DNA from: Truepera sp.
GTDB lineage: Bacteria > Deinococcota > Deinococci > Deinococcales > Trueperaceae
Direction: 5' to 3'
DNA length: 64,000 nt
Assembly (NCBI GenBank): GCA_965218435.1
Contig: CBDCKW010000009.1
Location: 1,504,001-1,568,000 of the forward strand
Part shown: piece after piece, positions 58,180 through 64,000 of the stretch
Numbering within the stretch: the first letter of the stretch is position 1
Layout: every line of letters begins with the position of its first letter
Translations under genes and position numbers: made by a program
Notes under the pieces: generated by a model
What the model saw: only the letters and a program-made list of their open reading frames with translations
Told to the model about the DNA's origin: nothing
Databases searched by the model: none

Positions 58180-59694
58180 TTAGCTGTGGGCTCCCGGCGG
58201 CCCCAAGTCAGGCTCGTCGCTACCGTAGCCGCGTTTGCCGGTAAACGCTCCCGGTATCCCGGTGTTGTCTACGTTCCTGGTAATCACAAACACGTGGTCG
58301 CCCGCTCTAAAAACGACCTCGCCGCGCGGCGTGATGAGGTCGCCGTCACGGTAAATGGCTGCGATAATCACGTCTTGTGAGAGCCGCAGGTCGCGTAAGG
58401 GCTGGCCGACTGCGCGGGTATGGGGTTCTAAAAACACGTCGAGCACCGCGCTGCCGGGGGGCGCGACGCCGCCTAGCTCGAGGCGTAAGGGCGGCTCGGG
58501 CGCTTCTTGTTTTAAGAGGCCCAAACGCTTGGCCAGCGGCCCGATGACCAGACCCTGGAGCGTGGTACTCACGACCACCACGATAAAAACCAGATTAAAG
58601 ACCGTTTGCGCGTTCTCAACCCGGCTTAAGAGCGGAAAGATCGCTAAAATGATCGGCACCGCTCCCTTGAGCCCTGCGCCGCTCAGGAGCGCGTACTCTT
58701 GCAGGCTAAAGCTGTGATGCCGGGTCAACCACTGGACCGGCCCCAGACACAGCGCGACGGCGAGCGGACGCGCGACCGTGCTCAAGACGACCGTGAGTAC
58801 GAGCGCCACCGGCAAGATACCGGGCAGCTGTGCCGGAAAAACGAGCAGGCCGAGCAGCAGAAACATGATAATTTGTGCGCCCCACGCGAGCCCCTCCATA
58901 AATGAGACGATATTTTGCCGGTGCGGAACCCGGCGGTTACCGACCACGAGCCCCAGCAGATAGACCGCTAAAAACCCGTTCCCGCCGACGAGATTGGTCA
59001 CGCTGTAGGCTAAAAGTCCGCACGCAAGGGCGAGCAGCGGATAGAGACCGAAGCTACCGAGTTTCACGTGGTTGAGCCCCCAGACCAAGAGCACGCCCCA
59101 CAAGTACCCCAACAGGCCGCCGAGTGCGAGCTGCAGGGCGACGCCACCAACGAGCGAGAGCACATTGGCTTGGCCGCTGACGAGGACGGTTGTGAGCGCC
59201 ACTGTGAGGTAGATACCCACGGGGTCGTTGGTCCCCGATTCGGTCTCGAGCACCCCCCGCAGCCGCGCCGGGATACCCCGGCCCTTGAGCACACTAAAGG
59301 TCGCCGCCGCGTCGGTCGGGGCGAGCACCGCGCCGAGCAGCAGGCTCTGAACCCAGCCGAGCGGCGTCAAGAGCCAAGCCGCGCCGCCAAGGACCAGCGT
59401 AGTGATAACGACCCCCAACGTCGAAAGGCTGAGCGCAGGCGCGAGCGACGCCCGAAAGAGCCGCATCCGGGTGTCTAACCCGCCACTAAACAAGATGATT
59501 GCCAGCGCCACTAAGCCGACCTCGAGGCTGAGCGCGTAGTCGCCGAAACGAATCCCACCCGGACCACTGCTTCCGGCGAGCATCCCGATCACGACAAAGA
59601 GAACCAGAGCGGGCAATCCCAACCGCTGGGTCGCACGGGTGCTCAAAATAGCGGTGACGACGAGGAGGCTGGCGATAAACAGGTACAGGTCCAT
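58180..59694 (-). CDS. Potassium/proton antiporter (CPA1, CvrA/NhaP2-like) with C-terminal TrkA-C domain
   Basis: LFSGGLDT, PTDAAA.F, ESGTNDP, GGNGFLAVY, ARP, GLKGAVPI, RCK_C tail (IYRDGDLITPRG). Confidence 0.9.
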   Translation of the reverse strand: MDLYLFIASLLVVTAILSTRATQRLGLPALVLFVVIGMLAGSSGPGGIRFGDYALSLEVGLVALAIILFSGGLDTRMRLFRASLAPALSLSTLGVVITTLVLGGAAWLLTPLGWVQSLLLGAVLAPTDAAATFSVLKGRGIPARLRGVLETESGTNDPVGIYLTVALTTVLVSGQANVLSLVGGVALQLALGGLLGYLWGVLLVWGLNHVKLGSFGLYPLLALACGLLAYSVTNLVGGNGFLAVYLLGLVVGNRRVPHRQNIVSFMEGLAWGAQIIMFLLLGLLVFPAQLPGILPVALVLTVVLSTVARPLAVALCLGPVQWLTRHHSFSLQEYALLSGAGLKGAVPIILAIFPLLSRVENAQTVFNLVFIVVVVSTTLQGLVIGPLAKRLGLLKQEAPEPPLRLELGGVAPPGSAVLDVFLEPHTRAVGQPLRDLRLSQDVIIAAIYRDGDLITPRGEVVFRAGDHVFVITRNVDNTGIPGAFTGKRGYGSDEPDLGPPGAHS

Positions 59695-60125
59695 GAGGGT
59701 TTCGCGTTTAGCCGAACAACCCGGCTGCGTGCGGTGCAACGTCCCCAAAACGTGAGGTAGCTGCTGCCTGGGGTAGGTCGCCGGTTAGGATCACGGTTAG
59801 GGTCATTAGTCACTATAAACATAAACGCCAGCGTTAAGTTTGCCGACCTAACAGCCCCGCCCACAACCTCTTTTAGCCAGCCTCCGGTCGTCACCCACGG
59901 GCTAAACGCGGAGCAAAAGCAACCCGGCTAAGCGCAGCTTCCTAAGGCGAGAGCTGACTTTGACGACCTCAGCCGCAACTTGTCAGCGGCCCCGAGTCCT
60001 GCTGGTAGGTTGACGAGAGCTTAAGACGCGCTCTATGTTGCCGTGTAGGGGTGTAAAGCTAGGGCTAGCGGTAAAGGGTATGACCAAACCGACACTACCG
60101 AACCGACACCTCAGAAATAGGTGCC

Positions 60126-61187
60126 ATGACTAAGCTTTTTTCAACCCGCGTTTTGACGGCAGTGGTTTTAGGCGTCGCCATAGGCGCAACTGCGCTGCTG
60201 TTGTGGCGGCTTGCCAACGTCCTTTTACTCGGCTTTGCCGGGGTGTTGGTCGCCGTTTTTTTGCGGGCGAGCGCCAACTTAGTCCGGCGTTTGACGCATA
60301 TGTCTGAAGGCTGGGCGCTAACGGTCGTATTGCTCTTGGTCCTCGCACTTTTGGGCCTAACGAGCTGGCTTTTGCTTCCGCGTATTGTGGATCAGTTGGG
60401 GCAGCTCGTGAACAGTTTGCCCACCCTGCTGACGCAGCTCGAGGCGCAGGTCAAAGCGGTTCCTATACTCCGAACCCTGACTCAACAAACGCCTTCGTTT
60501 GGCACGCTGGTACCCCGCGTGATGAGCGTCGTGACCCGCCTCTCGAACACGCTGGTTACGACGGTAAATGCACTCTTTAACGTGTTTCTCGTGTTTGTCA
60601 TCGGCTTATTTTTAGCAGCAAATCCAAAACTCTACCGCCACGACCTGATTCGGCTCGTCCCGGTCGCTGCGAGGAAGCGGGCCCGCAAGTTAGTCGGTAA
60701 GCTCAGCGCAACCCTGCGCACCTGGCTTTTAGGCGAGCTGCTAGCGATGCTGCTCGTAGGGGTATGTACCACACTCGGTCTGTGGCTTATTGGGGTGCCT
60801 TACGCACTCGTTCTAGGGATTGCGGCAGGACTCCTCGACTTTATTCCCTATCTCGGGCCGGTTTTATCAACGGTTCCCAGTGCGCTGATCGCGCTGACCA
60901 GCGGCGGGGTGGGGTTGGCGGTCTGGGCCGTTGTCGTGCATATTATTGTACAGCAGCTCGAGGGCAACTTGTTTCAGCCGGTCATCCAGCAAGAGGCGGT
61001 CTCGATCCCGCCGGTATTGCTGCTATTGGCGCTCGTCGCGTTCGGGCAGCTGTTCGGCTTGCTCGGGCTGATCGTCGCCACACCGCTTTTGGCCGTCAGC
61101 ATCGTGCTCGTTAGAGAGCTTTATGTCGGGTGGCTCGAGCGTGACCTACACCCCCAACTCGTTCAGGTTGTGGTCGAAAAGAAGTAG
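60126..61187 (+). CDS. AI-2E family transporter
   Basis: FIPYLGP, QQLEGNLFQP, FGLLGLIVATP; multiple TM helices. Confidence 0.9.
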   Translation: MTKLFSTRVLTAVVLGVAIGATALLLWRLANVLLLGFAGVLVAVFLRASANLVRRLTHMSEGWALTVVLLLVLALLGLTSWLLLPRIVDQLGQLVNSLPTLLTQLEAQVKAVPILRTLTQQTPSFGTLVPRVMSVVTRLSNTLVTTVNALFNVFLVFVIGLFLAANPKLYRHDLIRLVPVAARKRARKLVGKLSATLRTWLLGELLAMLLVGVCTTLGLWLIGVPYALVLGIAAGLLDFIPYLGPVLSTVPSALIALTSGGVGLAVWAVVVHIIVQQLEGNLFQPVIQQEAVSIPPVLLLLALVAFGQLFGLLGLIVATPLLAVSIVLVRELYVGWLERDLHPQLVQVVVEKK

Positions 61188-61264
61188 CTGAGAGCAGGTG
61201 GTGGCGATAATCCCAAGTGTCTTGAGATAAGGAGCTAGACACCTAAACGCTTATACTTTTTTGT

Positions 61265-61468
61265 ATGGATACCCGTTGGACGATCAAAGTATCTGAAGAG
61301 ATCGACCGCGACTTGCGCATGTACCTTGCCGAACGGGGTTTCAAAAAGGGTGACTCAAGGTTCGTCGAAGAGGCGGTGAGAGAACAGCTCTTCCGTAACG
61401 CTCTGGCTGAAACGCACGCGGCAAACTGCGACCTGAGCGAAGACGAAGCACTGACCCATGCCCGCTAA
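61265..61468 (+). CDS. Ribbon-helix-helix protein (RHH_6-like antitoxin/regulator), possibly shortened
   Basis: TRWTIKVS...D..LR.YLA.RG.KKGD-SRFVEEAV; TATACT 7 nt upstream of the ATG (leaderless). Confidence 0.65.
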   Translation: MDTRWTIKVSEEIDRDLRMYLAERGFKKGDSRFVEEAVREQLFRNALAETHAANCDLSEDEALTHAR

Positions 61469-61483
61469 GGAAGGTGCTGGCCT

Positions 61484-61732
61484 GTGTTAAACCCTAATTC
61501 ACCGAACGAACTGCTGAGCAGAATCACGGTTGACCCGGACGTCAGCCACGGCAAACCGAGCATCCGGGGGCTGCGTTACCCGGTCGAGCTGATCTTAGAA
61601 CTGCTCAGTAGTGGGATGAGCGTGGACGAGGTACTGGGAGACTACGACGACTTGGAGCGCGACGACATTCATGCGGCTCTCTTCTACGCCGCGAAACTCA
61701 CTCAGGTCAAAAGCATTCAAAAGATTGCGTGA
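61484..61732 (+). CDS. DUF433 family antitoxin
   Basis: RITVDPDVSHGKPSIRGLRYPVE.ILELL..G....E.L.DY.DL...DI.AAL.YA. Confidence 0.9.
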   Translation: MLNPNSPNELLSRITVDPDVSHGKPSIRGLRYPVELILELLSSGMSVDEVLGDYDDLERDDIHAALFYAAKLTQVKSIQKIA

Positions 61733-62085
61733 CGCGTTTTCTGGTGGACGCGCACTTGCCGCTTACCTTAGCTAAGGCAATGCGTGCAGTGGGGTTTGAC
61801 ACGCTTCACACTCGAGACTTGCCGCAAGCAAACGCTACGAAGGACAGCGAAATTAACGTCTTGTCTTTAGCAGAGCGGCGCGTGGTCGTAACTAAAGACG
61901 CCGACTTTGTGCAGTCGTTTACGCTCCAGGGTCGCCCCTACAAACTTCTGCTCGTCAGCACCGGCAACGTTCGTAACGCTGAGCTGTTTGGGCTGCTGAC
62001 CGACAGGCTCGAGCAGTTCGCCGAGCTATTCGAGACTCATAGCTATGTCGAGCTGGCCCGCGACGCCCTGATCATTCACGTTTAG
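61729..62085 (+). CDS. DUF5615 family PIN-like toxin
   Basis: FLVDAHLP, D.EI, RVVVTKDADF; GTGA overlap with the DUF433 gene. Confidence 0.88.
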   Translation: MTRFLVDAHLPLTLAKAMRAVGFDTLHTRDLPQANATKDSEINVLSLAERRVVVTKDADFVQSFTLQGRPYKLLLVSTGNVRNAELFGLLTDRLEQFAELFETHSYVELARDALIIHV

Positions 62086-62211
62086 GGAAGGACCGAGCAG
62101 GTGGCGGCGGTGATACCGTCGGTGCTGGGTAAAGGGTATCTCGAAATGGGATGATTGGGTTACTCAAGAGCCAAGAAACCCGAAGCTGCGGCAGTTTTGC
62201 CTACTACTTAT

Positions 62212-63027
62212 CTATCTCTTTAACTGTGTGAGCGGTTTACCCGTTCTGACAGCCTCCACAACTTGCCGAATGGCTTCTACGACCACCTCGGGATTGTCAA
62301 GCTGGATGTAGTGAGAACTTCCTCTGACTTGTGTATGCAGGGTATTGCTTGAAAGCCTAGCATACTGCTCTTGCAAGCCCTTCCATACTTCTTTTTCGGC
62401 CCTATCAATGTTCTCATTATAGCCCGCCCAGATGTTTTCTTTAGTCCAGTCAATAGCCGCTTGGTCTAATAAACTTGTGTCTGCCGTCAGCACCACGACG
62501 GGTTTGTTGGTCAACGAACCGGGTTGCATATATTCTGTTTCGCCTTGTTTCGTAGCTGCAAGTAAGTCCCAATTCTCCGGAGATGTGTTATGCAGGTCGA
62601 AAGCATCGTTCAGTGCGGTAGGAAGCACTTTGCGAAATTCTCTCTCTTGATTGGGATGCGAGCCGTCAACAAACACCAAGCCCGCCACCTTCTGTGGATG
62701 CTGGTGCGCGTACATGTTGATGATAAGACCGCCGATGGAATGCCCTACGAGTACAAAAGGGCCATCCATAGAACTGTCTGCCAACAACGCTTCCAAATCG
62801 TTTACAATATCTTGAACTGTGCGTTGTCCCGGAGCAGGGTCACTCTCGCCTAGTCCAGCTCGGCTGTAAGCACAGACCTTGCTAAACGCTGCAATTTTGG
62901 GCTGAAGCTCTAGATTAGCCCACATACCAGCGTCATCGCCGAGCCCAGACTCGAGCACCACAGTCGGCTGACCTTCGCCACGACAAGTCACCGCAAGATT
63001 CCGGTTTCCTACATTTATCTATTCCAT
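62212..63027 (-). CDS. Alpha/beta fold hydrolase; the probable natural start (ATG 63027) is followed by an in-frame TAG at codon 3, intact ORF from GTG 62991
   Basis: GEGQPTVVLESGLG, YSRAGLG.SD, nucleophile GHSIGG, SSHYIQ; upstream frame reads ME*INVGNRNLAVTC. Confidence 0.75.
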
Positions 63028-63112
63028 AGGTTGTACCAACAGGATGTGAAAAAGCAAAAAAATTGCGCTTTACCTAACATACTGCATTTTTTAAGATACC
63101 GCGTTATACGCT

Positions 63113-64000
63113 ACCCTAATTGCTAGTCGAGTTCGTGCAGGTTGGTGCAGAGGAGCGCGAACAAGGAGGCGTGGACTCTGATAAAGAAGCCTTGGTTGGT
63201 GCGCGCCCGTAAGCGTTGCACGCCCATGCTCTCTAGCTGAGAGTTCATGGTTTCTATACCCAGGCGGTAACGCTGCAAACCAAACGTTTCGGACAAAGTG
63301 TTTTGCTCTTTCATATTTTTACGTTTTGGGGTGACCAGCACCACGCCACACGCCTGTTGCAAACTCGCTTCATCAGGGGCGCTCAAGTAGGCTTTGTCTC
63401 CATAGAGCAAAGCTCCTTGAGGTAAGTCGTAGCTCAGTTCGTGCAGCGGGGTCAAGTCGTGGTAAGACGCTTCGACTAAGCTGTAACTCACCGGCACGCC
63501 CCAAGCATCGCAGATGAGGTGCAAACGCCAGCCAAAGAACTTCTCTTTTTTCGGCGCACAGTAGCCACAAAAGGCTTTACCCCTAACCTTCTTGCAACGC
63601 CTGGCTCGTACCCGCCTGCATACCGGCAGCGGGATGCTGTCAATGATAAAGATGGACTGCTGAGTAAAAAGCGGTGTGAGGACGTTGAGGATACTCTCGA
63701 GCCAAGCGGCGAGCGCGTGAACACGGCGGTTGTAGCGAGAAACACTTAAAGCACGGATGTAACCCAGCTTAATCAGCAGGCACAGGGCACGTTCTTGATG
63801 GTTGCCAAAGAATTTGGCGGCAACCACGGCGACAGTCAGAACTTCTGCGTCGCTGACTCTAGCCAGCTTGTGCGTCTGCTGCCCGGACCTTTCAAGGATG
63901 TCACTGATAATGCAATAAACGCTTACAATGAAGCTGTCGTCCATGTAGGGTGCCTCCAGAACTGATGTCTCACAACTCCAGTTTGGCGGAACACCCGCAT
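63113..64000 (-). mobile_element. IS982 family insertion sequence; only one end visible
   Basis: IS982-type terminus ACCCTAATTGCTAGT at 63113-63127 overlaps the transposase stop; the matching end was not found before 64000. Confidence 0.8.
63123..63944 (-). CDS. IS982 family DDE transposase
   Basis: SDAEVLT, SRYNRR, IIDSIPLPVC, GYC..K...FFGWRLH, GDKAY, P.RKNM, R..IET..SQL; GGAGG RBS. Confidence 0.92.
   Translation of the reverse strand: MDDSFIVSVYCIISDILERSGQQTHKLARVSDAEVLTVAVVAAKFFGNHQERALCLLIKLGYIRALSVSRYNRRVHALAAWLESILNVLTPLFTQQSIFIIDSIPLPVCRRVRARRCKKVRGKAFCGYCAPKKEKFFGWRLHLICDAWGVPVSYSLVEASYHDLTPLHELSYDLPQGALLYGDKAYLSAPDEASLQQACGVVLVTPKRKNMKEQNTLSETFGLQRYRLGIETMNSQLESMGVQRLRARTNQGFFIRVHASLFALLCTNLHELD

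Noticed and set aside
59700..60120. Possible c-di-AMP (ydaO) or Na+/Li+ riboswitch upstream of the K+/H+ antiporter
   Set aside because: The context is suggestive, but I could not match the conserved sequence blocks by eye; needs an Rfam/Infernal search
14000..63021. Stop-codon recoding to explain in-frame stops at 14000 (TAA), 52309 (TAG) and 63019 (TAG)
   Set aside because: TAG and TAA terminate many intact genes here (e.g. 9513, 21892, 26198, 27581), and no pyl/sel machinery is visible; ordinary nonsense mutations or errors suffice

Overview
Bacterial chromosome segment of roughly 60% GC. It is most consistent with Deinococcota (Trueperaceae-like), an inference from strong CTCGAG over-representation, leaderless TAnnnT promoters, secreted non-lipoprotein sugar-binding proteins and a fused pxpBC. 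Contents in order: (1) 1-12.9 kb, a co-directional cell-surface glycosylation/phosphoester locus with a GT-C/GT39-like glycosyltransferase, a PLC/AcpA-family phosphoesterase, an Ig-like anchored protein, two GH99-like hydrolases, three metallophosphoesterase lipoproteins (two with altered metal ligands) and manC. (2) A THUMP/RlmL-type methyltransferase pseudogene. (3) An AraC-linked ABC + GH127 cluster. (4) A long ADP-ribosylglycohydrolase and a BadF kinase-GH4-nagB-SBP cluster. (5) A LacI-controlled hexuronate cluster in which uxaC and a mannonate oxidoreductase are joined by a LarA-family nickel-pincer enzyme, a PRTase, two Gfo/Idh/MocA oxidoreductases and two TIM-barrel isomerases, with no uxuA and no glycoside hydrolase. 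(6) pxpA-pxpBC, a ugp-like ABC system, a TetR/SDR/NmrA island, a GGDEF-EAL protein, a K+/H+ antiporter and an AI-2E transporter. (7) An RHH-DUF433-DUF5615 toxin-antitoxin module, an alpha/beta hydrolase and an IS982 element running off the right edge. No rRNA, tRNA or CRISPR array was seen. The best candidates for undescribed biology are the LarA-containing uronate pathway and the surface mannosylation locus with its altered phosphoesterases. All family calls come from recognising motifs by eye, not from database searches.
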